From an uncultured Actinomycetes bacterium (GTDB lineage: Bacteria > Actinomycetota > Thermoleophilia > Gaiellales > Gaiellaceae), in the NCBI GenBank assembly GCA_963746655.1, contig CAVVCG010000046.1:31020-95019 (forward strand): a stretch of DNA of 64,000 nt. The letters are read 5' to 3'. Of this stretch, positions 1 to 12,637 are shown one piece after another. The first letter of the stretch is position 1, and each line of letters starts with the position of its first letter. The translations under genes and the position numbers were made by a program. Below the pieces are notes generated by a model, which saw only the letters and a list, made by a program, of their open reading frames with translations, was not told where the DNA came from and searched no databases.

Positions 1-1
1 T

Positions 2-325
2 CGCAATCTGCAGCCGGTCGTCGAGGGCTGCTCGATCGAAGTGGACGGCGGCATCGGCAGACCACCGATGGAACCGACACCGCAAAACCGGGCGCTCCTC
101 GCAACCGCGCAGCGCCTCGGTCGCGAGCTCGGTCTTCAGCTCGAGGACGCCGGGCTCGTCGGCGGCGGCTCCGACGCGAACACGACCAGCCTCTCGACCG
201 CCACGCTCGACGGCCTCGGCCCCGTCGGCGACGGCGGTCACGCGGTCGACGAGCACGTCAGTATCTCGAGCATTGCCGAGCGCGCGGCGTTGTTGGCCAT
301 GCTCCTGCTCGAACCGCCGAGAGAG
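2..325 (+). CDS. M20-family metallopeptidase (carboxypeptidase G2/ArgE-like), C-terminal part. The 5' end lies outside the window, and there is no stop codon before the downstream ATP-grasp domain.
   Basis: The frame-2 translation GGSDANTTSLSTATLDGLGPVGDGGHAVDEHVSISSIAERAALLAMLLLE matches the conserved C-terminal block of M20 peptidases. The ORF is open from base 2. Confidence 0.65.
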
Positions 326-1235
326 TCGCGCGCTCGGCTCATCCGAAGGCGACGACCACGCGTCGTCGTCGCCGCGGGCACCGATGTCAACGAGACGAGC
401 GCCAAGCTCGTCGCCGCGTGGTGCGAGCTCGGCGTCGACAGCGAGCTCGTCCCGCCTCTGCAGGCGCAGGCTCATCTCCGCCGGGGCGACATCGTGCTCG
501 GACGACTCGACGTGGTGCCGACGCTCGACGGCGTCGAGCCTGGACTGTTCGAGCTACTGCGACTCGAGCGGCGCGGCTTCCGAGTGCTCAATCCGGCATT
601 CGCACTCCTCCGTGCTCACGACAAGCTGCGCACCGCACGCGAGCTCGCGCGAGTCGGCCTGCCACACCCCTCCACCACGCACGTCAAAGCCGGCGGGGAG
701 CTGCCTCCCGTCGCCGGCCCAGTCGTCGTGAAGCCGCGGTTCGGAAGCTGGGGGAAGGACGTCTTTCGCTGCGAGACAGCTTCAGACCTCATGGACTGCC
801 TCGACGAGATTCGTGCACGTCCCTGGTTCACGCGACACGGTGCCCTGCTGCAGGAGCTGATCCCACCATGCGGTCGCGACTTGCGCGTCGTCGTCGCCGG
901 CGGAATCGTCGTCGGCGCGATCGAACGCACGGCGGCCGACGGCGAATGGCGGACGAACATGTCGCTCGGCGGCTCGCGACGGCCCTGCTTCCCGCCCCCG
1001 GAGGCCGCGTCGCTCGCCGTCGCCGCCGCCAGGGCGATCGGCGACGATCTCGTCGGCGTCGACCTCCTCCCCGTCGACGCCGGCTACGTCGTCATCGAGC
1101 TCAACGGCGCCGTCGACTTCGACCGCGGCTACTCCCTTCCGGGAATTCGACGTCTACGCCGAGATCGCCGAGGCACTCGGCCTGCTGCCGGCAGGAGCGC
1201 GGAGCGGGCACGCTAGACGCGCCGCGACCGGCTGA
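299..1235 (+). pseudogene. RimK/LysX-type ATP-grasp ligase domain, in frame with the upstream M20 segment. The 3' end is apparently frameshifted near 1141.
   Basis: ATP-grasp blocks are present: HDKLRTARELARVGLPHP, VVVKPRFGSWGKDVF, LLQELIPPCGRDLRVVV, EWRTNMSLGG and YVVIELNGAVDF. After YSLPG the family-like tail EFDVYAEIAEALGL continues in the +1 frame to TGA 1233-1235. No unambiguous own start codon exists; ATG 299 is the only in-frame candidate. Confidence 0.6.
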
Positions 1236-1319
1236 CCGTCGAGCCGCCCGGCTTCGCCGCGGCCATCCGTGGCCGGCGATGAGTTTCGCCCAGGCGCAAC
1301 GTCTCATGAATACTGACCG

Positions 1320-1754
1320 ATGCTCTTCGTTCCGCCCGTCCGCCACCTGCTGCGCGCCAGAGACCTGGCCGACCGCCGCTACCGCGAGCCGCTCGGCGTC
1401 GACGACCTCGCCCGCGCCGCCGGACTCTCGCGCGCTCACTTCAGCCGCGAGTTCCGCCGCGCCTTCGGCGAGTCGCCGCACGCCTACCTCCTCACCCGGC
1501 GGCTCGAGCGCGCCGCGGCACTGCTGCGCACCACCGACCGGTCGGTCGCCGACATCTGCTTCGCCGTCGGCCTGCAAAGCGTCGGCTCCTTCACCACCAG
1601 CTTCAGGCGCAGCTACGGCATGACGCCGACGGCCTACCGCGCGACGTTCCCACCGGCTTCCGCGCGGGCGCTCGTCCCGACCTGCGTCCTGCGCGCCTAC
1701 GGGCGTCCGCAACACAGCACGTTTCGAGAAGACGGGGGGCCCGCCCGGCCCTAG
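1320..1754 (+). CDS. AraC-family HTH transcriptional regulator (short form)
   Basis: It has a two-HTH AraC signature: LARAAGLSRAHFSREFRRAFGESPHAYLLTRRLERAAALL and SVADICFAVGLQSVGSFTTSFRRSYGMTPTAYR. It sits just upstream of a VOC gene, which is a common pairing. Confidence 0.85.
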   Translation: MLFVPPVRHLLRARDLADRRYREPLGVDDLARAAGLSRAHFSREFRRAFGESPHAYLLTRRLERAAALLRTTDRSVADICFAVGLQSVGSFTTSFRRSYGMTPTAYRATFPPASARALVPTCVLRAYGRPQHSTFREDGGPARP

Positions 1755-1791
1755 CATCGAAGACGACCTTCAACCGACCCAGGAGGAGACG

Positions 1792-2220
1792 ATGATCAAG
1801 CTTTCCACCACGCAGCTGTGGGTGCACGACCAGGACGAGGCGCTCGCCTTCTACACCCAGAAGCTCGGCTTCGAGATCCGCTCCGACGTCACCCTCGCCG
1901 AGATGGGCGACTTCCGCTGGCTCACCGTCGGACCGGCCGGACAACCAGACATCGCGATCGTGCTGATGGCCATCCCCGGCCCGCCGGTCATGGACACGGA
2001 CACGGCCAAGCAGGTGGAGACGCTGATGGCCAAGGGCTTCGCGGGAACGATCTTCCTCACCACCGACGACTGCCAGGCCGCCTACGAGGAGCTCAAGGAC
2101 CGCGGCGTCGAATTCGTCGAGCAGCCCGAGGAGCGCCCGTACGGAATCGACTCGGCGTTCCGCGACCCCTCGGGCAACCACATCCGACTCACCCAGGTCC
2201 GCGAGCTCGCGGCGGTCTAA
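1792..2220 (+). CDS. VOC/glyoxalase-bleomycin-resistance family protein
   Basis: An AGGAGGAG RBS lies 5 nt upstream of the ATG. Motifs FYTQKLGFEI and PYGIDSAFRDPSGNHIRL are typical of the VOC fold. Confidence 0.85.
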   Translation: MIKLSTTQLWVHDQDEALAFYTQKLGFEIRSDVTLAEMGDFRWLTVGPAGQPDIAIVLMAIPGPPVMDTDTAKQVETLMAKGFAGTIFLTTDDCQAAYEELKDRGVEFVEQPEERPYGIDSAFRDPSGNHIRLTQVRELAAV

Positions 2221-2238
2221 CCGCCTCTTCGCCCTCAA

Positions 2239-2271
2239 CCGGCGCCGGCACGATGTCGTGACCGGCGCCGG
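2239..2271. terminator. Possible bidirectional hairpin between convergent genes
   Basis: CCGGCGCCGG at 2239-2248 and again at 2262-2271 forms a 10-bp GC stem with a 13-nt loop. There is no clear U-tract. Confidence 0.35.
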
Positions 2272-2305
2272 ACCTCTGCCGGCGGCGGCGAAGCGAGCCC
2301 GCGTC

Positions 2306-3022
2306 CTAGAAGCCGGGCTTGCTCAGGACGTACCAGCCGACCTCGATGCTCGTGTCACGCTCGTCGGCGTGGCGGCCGGACACGTCTCGAGGGTGCTCGT
2401 GATCGCGACGCTCACGGACGATCTCCGAATGCCTGAGGACGAGGCCGTTTGCGTCGAAGAGACCGCGAAGGTCGACGTCGGCGAGGATTCGGGTGATCGA
2501 CGGGTCGCGCGCGTGCTCGAAGCGGTTCAGCTCGATCGCCGCGAGCGAGTCGATGGGCGCGAGCTGGTCGACGACGAGCATCGTTCCGCCCGGCCGCAGC
2601 ACACGGTTCAGCTCTGCGAGCACGAGCTCGGGCCGCGGGAGATGGTGGATCGTCGCCGCCGTGCAGACGAGATCGAAGGACCCGCCTTCGTACGGAAGCG
2701 CCGTCGCGTCCGCCTCGACGAGCTCGACGTTCGCCGGCGCCCGCTTGCGGGCCTCTTCGAGCCGCTCCGGGACGATGTCGACGCCGACGACCTCGCGCAC
2801 GAACGGCGCAAGCGCGATCGCGAACGTGCCGGCGCCCGTGCCGACGTCGAGTGCGCGCTCCTCGCCCGTCGGGCTCAACAGCCGGCGGAGACGCGCCTGC
2901 GTCTCCGCAGCACGGCGATCCTCATGCTCCGCGATGAGCTCAGGCCTCTCCGCGAACGGCTCGCCAGGAGCGTCTGACAAGCTCGACCGCCTCCTCCCAG
3001 ATTCGGAACGTGCGCGCGGCAT
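2306..3022 (-). CDS. Class I SAM-dependent methyltransferase
   Basis: SAM motif I is LDVGTGAGTFAIAL. Other blocks are VVGVDIVPERLE, GSFDLVCTAATIHHL and LRPGGTMLVVD. The exact start is uncertain. Confidence 0.8.
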   Translation of the reverse strand: MPRARSESGRRRSSLSDAPGEPFAERPELIAEHEDRRAAETQARLRRLLSPTGEERALDVGTGAGTFAIALAPFVREVVGVDIVPERLEEARKRAPANVELVEADATALPYEGGSFDLVCTAATIHHLPRPELVLAELNRVLRPGGTMLVVDQLAPIDSLAAIELNRFEHARDPSITRILADVDLRGLFDANGLVLRHSEIVRERRDHEHPRDVSGRHADERDTSIEVGWYVLSKPGF

Positions 3023-3090
3023 GCTCCGCCGCGGCTACGTCGAGAATACGACAAGCGGATCGGCGACCGTCGGCTGCCGGCGCCGAGGGC

Positions 3091-3339
3091 CTACTCGCGG
3101 TCGGCGAGCCGCCCCACCGCCAGCTCACGCAGCAGGGTGCGGGCGCGCTCGACGCCCAGGACGCTCTCCTTCCGCTCGAAAAGGCGGATTGCGTCCTCGA
3201 TCGCCGGCCGGCCCTCGTCCGCTCGTCCCGTGAGCGCGAGCACCTCGGCAAGGCCGAGCAGGGCCGCCGCGTGGTACTCGGCTTCTCGCTGCTGCCCGAC
3301 GGATTCTTCGACGAGAACGCCGCGCTGGATGCGCCCTGA
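3091..3339 (-). pseudogene. Possible 3' remnant of a TPR-type regulator (no start codon, fragment only)
   Basis: The minus-frame translation EAEYHAAALLGLAEVLALTGRADEGRPAIEDAIRLFERKESVLGVERARTLLRELAVGRLADRE* looks like the C-terminal TPR tail of large LuxR/cyclase-type regulators. The only in-frame start leaves about 50 aa. Confidence 0.3.
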
Positions 3340-3427
3340 CCTCGGTTCACCCTGACGACTAACCGGCTGAGCGGGGTGGTCGTCTGGCCACCCCGCCAGC
3401 CACGCTCTTCGGCGTCCCCCTCGGGCT

Positions 3428-3823
3428 CTACGAGGCCAGTGCCTTCTGCTTCAGCGCGTCGAACTCGGCCTGTGTGATCGCGCCCTGGTCGAGCAACTGC
3501 TTGCCCTTGGCGATCTGCTCGGCCGGATCCCCCTGTGCGGCGACCGACTTGACGTAGTCGTCCATCTGCGCCTGTGCCTGCTGCGCCTGCTTGACGTTGC
3601 GTTCCGTCATGCCCTGGTGTTCGGCGAGCAGATAGATCAGCACGCCCAGGTACGGCAGGATGATCACGAAGATGATCCATGCCACCTTGACGAAGCCGGA
3701 GGTGTCGTGACGTCGGAACAGGTCGGCGAAGACGGTGATCAGGAGCCAGAACCAGATCACCCACGCAAAGAACACGAGCATCGTCCACATCACGTCGAGG
3801 AATGGGTATGAGGTAGCGAGCAC
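3428..3823 (-). CDS. PLDc_N-domain membrane protein with C-terminal SHOCT domain
   Basis: Two TM helices carry WFWLLITVFADLFRR and AWIIFVIILPYLGVLIYL. The C-terminal GKQLLDQGAITQAEFDALKQKAL is SHOCT-like. An AAGGAG RBS lies 7 nt upstream of GTG 3823. Confidence 0.8.
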   Translation of the reverse strand: MLATSYPFLDVMWTMLVFFAWVIWFWLLITVFADLFRRHDTSGFVKVAWIIFVIILPYLGVLIYLLAEHQGMTERNVKQAQQAQAQMDDYVKSVAAQGDPAEQIAKGKQLLDQGAITQAEFDALKQKALAS

Positions 3824-3938
3824 GAGCGGTCTCCTTTTGCCGTGTCGACTTGGACCACGCAACGCTAACCGCTTTTCGAGTGCCGGAAGCGTTCAGCCGG
3901 TATTCACGCGGGCGGCCCGCGTTCCTCCGTAGCGCGGC

Positions 3939-4652
3939 TTACGCCTCGACCCGCTCGGACGGGACTTCGACGAGCGGCGCGATCAGCTTGCCGTCGCGCA
4001 TCGCAAGCCGCCTCGGCGCCCGGGCGGCGAGGTCGGCGTCGTGCGTGGCGACGACGACCGTGGCGCCGTGGCTGCTCGCGAGGCCGGCCAGCAGATCGAT
4101 CACGTCCGCGCCGGTCTGGGAATCGAGATTGCCGGTCGGCTCGTCCGCAAGGATCACGCGCGGGCCGACGACGAGCGCTCGCGCGATCGCGACACGCTGC
4201 TGCTCGCCGCCCGAGAGGTGCGACGGCAGGTGCGTGGCCCGGTCCGCAAGGCCGACCTCCTCGAGCAGGGCGAGCGATCGGGTGCGGAGCTCGCCCGCGG
4301 CGACGCCGGTGGGCGCGAGGCCCGCTTCGACGTTCTCGAGGGCGGTCAGCGTCGGAATCAGGTTGAACTGCTGGAAGACGAAGCCGAACGCGTTGAGTCG
4401 AAGCTCGGCCAGCTCGCGGTCGGCGAGCGCGCCGAGGTCGCGGCCCTCGAAGAGGACGCTGCCGGCGCTGGGGCGATCGAGCGCGCCGAGCAGCTGCAGC
4501 AACGTCGTCTTCCCGGATCCGCTCGGGCCCTCGAGCGTGACGAACTCGCCCGCCCCGATCTCGAGGTCGACGCCGCCGACGGCCTCGATCGTGGTCGGGC
4601 CGCGCTGGAAGAACCGCTTGGCGTCCTTGACGTCGTAGAGAACGGCCCCCAC
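3939..4652 (-). CDS. ABC transporter ATP-binding protein (MacB/LolD-type)
   Basis: It has Walker A GPSGSGKTTLL, the signature LSGGEQQRVAIARAL and Walker B ILADEPTGNLD. It abuts the FtsX-type permease gene. Confidence 0.9.
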   Translation of the reverse strand: MGAVLYDVKDAKRFFQRGPTTIEAVGGVDLEIGAGEFVTLEGPSGSGKTTLLQLLGALDRPSAGSVLFEGRDLGALADRELAELRLNAFGFVFQQFNLIPTLTALENVEAGLAPTGVAAGELRTRSLALLEEVGLADRATHLPSHLSGGEQQRVAIARALVVGPRVILADEPTGNLDSQTGADVIDLLAGLASSHGATVVVATHDADLAARAPRRLAMRDGKLIAPLVEVPSERVEA

Positions 4653-6366
4653 CTACTCCACCTGCCTGAGAGCGTCGGCGGGCCGCAGCCGGGAGGCGCG
4701 GAGCGCGCCGGCGGCGCCGGCGATCAGGCCGCCCAGGACCGCGAGGGCGAATCCCACGAGGAGCACGCCGACGGCGATCGGCGCGGTCAGAGCAACCTGG
4801 TCGGTGACGGTGCGGGCGGTCACCTGGCCGAGGCCGAAGAAGCCGTCGCCGCCACCCGTGTGAGAGCTGGCCGTCAGCGTCGGGCCGAACGCGCCGATCG
4901 CCGCCGTCACGATGATCCCCATCACCACGCCCAGCAGGCCGCCGAGGAGGCCCTGGGCCAGCGATTCGCCGGCGACCTGGCGCACGACCAGCCACTGCGT
5001 CCAGCCGAGAGCCTTGAGCGTGCCGAGCTCGCGCACCCGCTTGCCCACCGACGAGAGCGTCAGCAGGACGGCGAGGAGGAAGGCGGCGGCCGCCGCGAGC
5101 ACGGCGAGCGCGGTCCCGAGGCGCTGCGAGAGGTTGGAGGCGTCGACGAGGGAGCCGCTGATCGAGTCGGCCACCTGCTTCGCGCTCGCGACCTGGGCGC
5201 GGGGAAACTCCTTCTCGATCTGCTGCTGCACCTCACCGACCGAGGAGCCGCTGGTCGCGCGCACGAGCACGACGTTCACCGCGCCCTTCTGGCTCGCGAG
5301 CGTCTGCAGCTGCGGCAGCGCCACATACACGTCGGCGGTCTGGCCGCCGAGCGGCGGGCGCACGAGGCCGACCACGGTGAACGTCGTCCCGTTCAGGTCG
5401 AGCTTCGATCCGACCTTGAGGCCCTGCCGGTTCGCGTAGGAGGCCGCCAGGAGAGCCTCGTGCGAACCGGAGCGGGCGGCGATGAACCGGCCGCGCGAGA
5501 CGAGGCTCGGGGTGACGACCCCGATTCCGGGCGTCGTCGGATCGACGCCCGCGATCGTGTACGCGGAGCTCTTGATGTTCGTCTGAGGCGGGTTCACCAC
5601 CTGCTGGAGCGTCTGCTCCGGCGTCGTCACCGTCGCGCGGAAGCGCTGCAGCCGCGCCGGGAGGCACTTTCGGAACGCGCTCCGGTCGCCGGCGCCGCCG
5701 CCTGCCCGCCCGCCGCCGAGTCCGCCCTGGCTGCCCTGTCCGCCCTGGAATCCGCCACCGCCCGGCGCCGCCGCCGAACTGGACGCCGGCCTTGGCGAGG
5801 CAGGCCTGCATCTTCGCGAACTCGGCCGCCGTCGGCGGCTTGAGCTGCCGGTCGATGCGGACCTGCTGGCCGCCGGCCTTGATCTTCGCGACGATCTTCG
5901 GCACCGTCCCCTCCTGGTGCACAGCCGCCAGCACGAGGCCGCTCGAGACCGACGCCACCCCCGGCACCTTCGCGATCTGCTTCGCCGAGCTCTGGGGGAA
6001 CGTGAGCTGGGTGCCCGGCAGGAAGAAGTCGTGGACGAAATGCGTCCCGGGCTTGCCCAGCTTCGAGAGGTCCGTGATCACCGACTGGTTCGCCTGGATC
6101 ACCTCGCGGCCTCCGCCGCCGAAGCCTCCTCCGCCGAAGCCTCCCTGCCCGCCGGCCTGGCCCTGCTCGGGCGCGAGCGTCACGGTGAGGTCGGTGCCGA
6201 TGCTCGCCAGCGGATCGAGCGCCTTCGCCTGCGCCCGGTCGAGCCCGCGCGAGAGAGCCGACACGGCGATCACGAGCGAGACGCCGACCGCCAGCCCGAG
6301 GACGGTCAGGATCGTCCGGCTCTTCCGTCGAACGAGCTCGCTGCGCAGGTAGCCGAGGAAGAACAT
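4653..6366 (-). pseudogene. ABC transporter permease (MacB/FtsX-type) with an apparent +1 frameshift near 5762 in a Gly-rich linker
   Basis: The N-terminal part MFFLGYLRSELVRRKSRTILTVLGLAVGV (from ATG 6366) and the C-terminal FtsX part (ELGTLKALGW to ASRLRPADALRQVE) lie in different frames. They join at QFGGGAG|GGGFQGGQG within the CCC run at 5761-5763. Confidence 0.8.
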
Positions 6367-6457
6367 CAGCCGTCTAATCAGAGCAGGGGGGCCTAAGAGC
6401 GCGATAAGAACCCCGCGACAGGCGATGCATGGGGTGAGCCATCCCGCCGATCGCCGG

Positions 6458-7012
6458 TCAGCGCTTGAAGAGGCGCGCGACCCTGCGGCGGATCGCGCCA
6501 GAGAAGAGCGAGAGCCCGGAGAGGGGCTTCGCCTGGGCCGCAACCGCCTTCTCCGCCTCCTCCGGAGGCGCGGCGAGCTGGGCCTGAAGGCACTGCGCGA
6601 AGCTCTCGACCAGCTGCGCGGAGATGTCCTGGATCATCCCGCGCCCGTACTGGGCGACGGTGCCCGTGAGGGCGAGCTCGGTGACCAGGTCGACGTGCGT
6701 GCGGCCGTCGCGGGTCGAGAGCGTCGACTCGATCGTGGCGTTCGCGTGGCCCCGGTTGCGCACCTCGCGCGCGTTCGCCGCCAGCCGGACGCGGCGGGCC
6801 TGCTCGTCGGCGTCCTCCCGCGTCACGTCGGTCGCGAAGGTGAGCCCGATCGGGCCGAGCTTCACCTGCATCGTCGCCTTCCAGGTCGAGTCGTCGACGA
6901 TCTCGTCGAGTGTTGCGCCGGGCATGCAGGGGATGACGCGCGGCACGTCCATGAGGAGCGCCCAGGCGGCGTCGGGCGTGCCGTCGACCTCGAACGAGTT
7001 CTCGATCCTCAC
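6458..7012 (-). CDS. coxG: CO dehydrogenase subunit G (CoxG, SRPBCC family)
   Basis: VRIENSFEVDGTPDAAWALLMDVPRVIPCMPGA is a typical CoxG N-terminus. GTG 7012 overlaps the upstream stop as GTGA. The location is within the cox cluster. Confidence 0.85.
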   Translation of the reverse strand: MRIENSFEVDGTPDAAWALLMDVPRVIPCMPGATLDEIVDDSTWKATMQVKLGPIGLTFATDVTREDADEQARRVRLAANAREVRNRGHANATIESTLSTRDGRTHVDLVTELALTGTVAQYGRGMIQDISAQLVESFAQCLQAQLAAPPEEAEKAVAAQAKPLSGLSLFSGAIRRRVARLFKR

Positions 7013-8004
7013 GCGGCGACGGGCTCCTTTCGGGGCGCCTTGCGGAAGGTCGCGACGATCTCGGCCGCGACAGCGATCGCGACCTCCTCGGGCGTGCGTG
7101 ACCCGATGTCCAGCCCGATCGGCGCATGGATGCGAGCCAGCTGGCTCTCGGCGACTCCCTCGGCCTTGAGCCGCTCGGCGCGCTCTTCGTTCGTGCGCCG
7201 GCTTCCCATGGCGCCGATGTAGCCGGCCGACGTCTCGAGCGCGACCTTGAGCGCGGGGACGTCGAACTTGTGGTCGTGGGTGAGCACGCAGACGGCCGTG
7301 CGCTCGTCCACCGGCGCCTGCGCGAGGAAACGGTCGGGCCACTCGACGACGAGATCGTCGACGTCGGGAAAGCGCTCTTTCGTCACGAACGCCGCTCGCG
7401 CGTCGCACACGGTGACGCGATAGCCGAGGAAGCGCCCGATCCGCGCCACGGCGGCCGCGTGGTCGACGGCGCCGAAGACGTACATGTTCGGCCGGGGCAC
7501 GAAAGAGCTGACGAAGAGCTCGCCGCCGTCGGTCTCGACGACCGCAGTCTCACCGCGGGCGAGCAGCTCTCCGCCGGCGCCTTCGCCGCTCGAAACGAGG
7601 CGCTTCGCGCCGATGCCGGGGCCCGAGACGGCGACCTCGAGCGCGATCGGGCGCTCCTCGCGGATCGCCTCGGCCAGCGGCGGGACCAGAGCGGGGTCGA
7701 GCGAGTCGATGAAGATGTGCACGGTTCCGCCGCACGGAAGCCCGACCTCGAACGCCTGCTCGTCGGCGATCCCGTAGGTCCGCAGCCTCGGCGCTCCGCC
7801 TGCCAGGACCTCGCGCGCCTCCTCGATGACGGCCGGCTCGACGCAGCCGCCCGTGACCGAGCCGGCGACCTCGCCACGCTCCGAGACCGCGAGCATCGCA
7901 CCGGGGTCGCGCGGCGCCGAGCGCTCCGTCCTGACCACGGTCGCGGTCGCGACGCGCAGACCTGCGCCCGTCCAGCGCTCCAAAGTGTCGAGGATGTCCT
8001 TCAC
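7009..8004 (-). CDS. XdhC/CoxF/CoxI-family molybdoenzyme maturation protein
   Basis: The XdhC_CoxI N-domain shows ATVVRTERSAPRDPGAMLAVSERGEVAGSVTGGCVE. The Rossmann-like C-domain shows MYVFGAVDHAAAVARIGRFLGYRVTVCDAR and YIGAMGSRR. The start overlaps the upstream stop as GTGA. Confidence 0.85.
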   Translation of the reverse strand: MKDILDTLERWTGAGLRVATATVVRTERSAPRDPGAMLAVSERGEVAGSVTGGCVEPAVIEEAREVLAGGAPRLRTYGIADEQAFEVGLPCGGTVHIFIDSLDPALVPPLAEAIREERPIALEVAVSGPGIGAKRLVSSGEGAGGELLARGETAVVETDGGELFVSSFVPRPNMYVFGAVDHAAAVARIGRFLGYRVTVCDARAAFVTKERFPDVDDLVVEWPDRFLAQAPVDERTAVCVLTHDHKFDVPALKVALETSAGYIGAMGSRRTNEERAERLKAEGVAESQLARIHAPIGLDIGSRTPEEVAIAVAAEIVATFRKAPRKEPVAA

Positions 8005-8845
8005 TGCCGGCTTGCGGAAAGGTAGCTCGCGGGATCCTCCTCGAAGCGGCGCCTGCAACCGGGGCCGCAGAACCAGTACGCGTCGCCGTCGTGCTCCGCG
8101 TGCTCGCCCCTCCCGACGACGACCGTCATCCCGCAGACGGGGTCGACCGCCTCGGCGAGCGGCGCGGAAGGCGTCGGCCGCGTGTGCCGCCAGGCGATCA
8201 GCTCGGCCAGGATCGCGACGGCGATCTCTTCTTGCCTCGACGGCCCGAGGTCGAGCCCAGCCGGGCTGCGAACGCGGACGAGCGCTTCCTCGTCGAGCCC
8301 GCGGGCGCGGAGCCCGGCGAGCACGCTCGCCGCCCGCTTCGCGCTCGCGACGAGCCCGATGTAGCCGGCGCCGCCGGCGAGCGCCGCCTCCAGCGCCTCC
8401 TCGTCACCGTGCCCCATCGTCGCCACGACGACGGCGTCTGCGTGCTCCTCGAGGTGCCGTGACACGCGCCAGCCGATCCGCCCGGCGAGGTCGGCGAGAA
8501 CGCGGGCGGCCGGGCTCCCGCCCACGACCGCGAGGAGCGGCGCCGGGAGCTGAGGCTCGACGAGCACCTCGACGGTGCCCTCCGACGCGCAGCCGCTCTC
8601 GCCCGGCCCGATGCGCACGAGCCGTGGCTCGCCGTCGGCCAACGCGCCCAGCGCCTCGCGAACGACCGCCGGCTCGGAGCAGGCCCCGCCGATCCAGCCG
8701 TGCAGCGCACCGTCCGGCGTGACGAGCGCACGGTCGCCCCGGCGGGCCGAGCTCGGCCGCTCGACGTCGACCACCGTGGCGAGCGCGAACGGCTCGCCCG
8801 ATGCGGCGAGCTCGCCTGCCCGGATCACGACGTCACGCGGCGAGA

Positions 8846-8849
<4 letters not shown>
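8001..8849 (-). CDS. XdhC-family maturation protein fused to a C-terminal YHS (TRASH-like) metal-binding domain
   Basis: XdhC blocks are FALATVVDVERPSSARRGDRALVTPDGALHGWIGGACSE and YIGLVASAKR. The tail is DPVCGMTVVVGRGEHAEHDGDAYWFCGPGCRRRFEEDPASY. GTG 8849 overlaps the coxL stop. Confidence 0.8.
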
Positions 8850-11191
<2,342 letters not shown>

Positions 11192-11193
11192 CG

Positions 11194-11712
11194 CTAAACC
11201 TCCTCTGCGCTGAGCTTGGCGGCGGCGTACTGCACCGCCTTGACGATGTTCTGGTAGCCCGTGCAGCGGCAGATGTTCCCGGAGAGCGCGAAGCGGATCT
11301 CCTCCTCGCTCGGGTCCGGGTTCTCGCGCAGCAGCGCCGTCGCGGTCAGCATCATCCCCGGCGTGCAGTAGCCGCACTGGAGCCCGTGCTCCTCGTGGAA
11401 GCCCTCCTGGATCGCGTGCAGCTTGCCGCCCTGCTCGAGGCCTTCGACCGTCGACACCTCTCGCCCGTCGGCCTGGACCGCGAGGACGGTGCACGACTTC
11501 ACGGGCACGCCCTCCATCAGGACGGTGCAAGCGCCGCAGCTCGTCGTGTCGCAGCCGATGTGGGTGCCGGTCAGCCCCAGCGTCTCGCGGAGGAAGTGGA
11601 CGAGCAGGAGCCGCGTCTCGACCTCCGCGGAGTGCTCCTCGCCGTTGACGGTCACGGTGAGCCGCCGCGTGCGCGTCGCCTCCGCCTGCTCGGACGTCGT
11701 CATCTGCGTCAT
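11194..11712 (-). CDS. coxS: CO dehydrogenase small subunit, 2x[2Fe-2S]
   Basis: Cys clusters are [19 protein letters not shown] and CRCTGY. The start forms an ATGA overlap with the coxM stop. Confidence 0.92.
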   Translation of the reverse strand: MTQMTTSEQAEATRTRRLTVTVNGEEHSAEVETRLLLVHFLRETLGLTGTHIGCDTTSCGACTVLMEGVPVKSCTVLAVQADGREVSTVEGLEQGGKLHAIQEGFHEEHGLQCGYCTPGMMLTATALLRENPDPSEEEIRFALSGNICRCTGYQNIVKAVQYAAAKLSAEEV

Positions 11713-12581
11713 CCCTCCTCCCTCCTGGCTTCCGCGGCCTTTCGCAGGCCGCGCTCCGTGAAGACCCGGACCACGTTTCGCTTGTACTCCGCGCTCCCGC
11801 GCAGGTCGTCGCGCGGATCGGCGGCCTCGGCGGTGAGCCGCGCCGCGTTCGCGATCGCGGCGTCGTCCAGCGCCGAGCCGACGAGCGCCTCCTCGGCCGC
11901 GGTGGCCCGGACGTTGTGCGAGCCGACGGCGCTCAGGCCGATGCCGGCGCGCGAGACCGTGCCGTTCGAGAACGACACGTGCACCGCGACCCCGACGGTC
12001 CCGAAATCCCCCACCTTGCGCTCGAGCTTGAGGTAGGTCCCTCCGGACCGCGCGCCCGGATCCGGCACGCGGACCTCCGTCACGATCTCCGTCGGGAGGA
12101 GCGAGGTCGTGAACGGGCCGCGGAAGAACTCCGTGAGTGGAATCGTGCGGGTCCCGGATGTGCTGCGCACCTCGACCTCCGCGCTCATCGCGAGGAGCGC
12201 GGCGCCCCAGTCGCCCTGCGGGTCGGCGTGGGCGAGCGAGCCGGCGACGGTGCCGAGGTTCCGCACGATCGGATCGGAGATCTGCGGCGCGGCGTCGGCG
12301 AGCGTCGTGTACCGGTCTCGCAACTGGACGGACCGCTCGCAGGTCTTGTGCCGGACGAGGGGGCCGATCTTCAGCATGCCACCCTCCTCCTTCAGGTCGT
12401 CGAGCCCCTCGATGCGGTTGATGTCGACGATCGCCTGCGGCGCCGCGAAGCGCAGCTTCATCAGGGGGATCAGGCTCTGGCCGCCTGCGAGAACCTTCGC
12501 CTCGTCGCCGTAGCGCTCGAGGATCGCGAGCGCTTCCTCGAGGGTGCCCGGCGCGAAGTACTCGAACCTCGGGGGGTACAT
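11709..12581 (-). CDS. coxM: CO dehydrogenase medium (FAD-binding) subunit
   Basis: FAD-binding blocks are [18 protein letters not shown] and [16 protein letters not shown]. An AAGGAGG RBS lies upstream of ATG 12581. Confidence 0.92.
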   Translation of the reverse strand: MYPPRFEYFAPGTLEEALAILERYGDEAKVLAGGQSLIPLMKLRFAAPQAIVDINRIEGLDDLKEEGGMLKIGPLVRHKTCERSVQLRDRYTTLADAAPQISDPIVRNLGTVAGSLAHADPQGDWGAALLAMSAEVEVRSTSGTRTIPLTEFFRGPFTTSLLPTEIVTEVRVPDPGARSGGTYLKLERKVGDFGTVGVAVHVSFSNGTVSRAGIGLSAVGSHNVRATAAEEALVGSALDDAAIANAARLTAEAADPRDDLRGSAEYKRNVVRVFTERGLRKAAEARREEG

Positions 12582-12609
12582 GGACGCCTCCTTCTCTGAC
12601 CCCCACCGC

Positions 12610-12637
12610 TCTCACCGCATGTTTCTCACCGCATGTT
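12610..12637. promoter_or_regulatory. Perfect 14-bp tandem direct repeat (TCTCACCGCATGTT x2) in the coxM/coxD divergent intergenic region
   Basis: The two units are at 12610-12623 and 12624-12637, 29-56 nt upstream of the coxM ATG. A 10-bp palindrome GGCAATTGCC sits at 12664-12673. Confidence 0.4.

Noticed and set aside
2940-3788. 282-aa minus-strand ORF spanning the methyltransferase start to the PLDc_N gene
   Set aside because: Its composition is Arg/Gly-rich nonsense. It overlaps two better-supported genes, and only a different frame of 3091-3339 shows protein-like sequence.
5690-6150. GGC/GCC-rich low-complexity tracts, considered as simple-sequence repeats
   Set aside because: They encode the Gly-rich linker (GGFGGGGFGGGG, GGGGFQGGQGSQGG) of the MacB-type permease periplasmic domain. 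They matter only as the site of one frame error.
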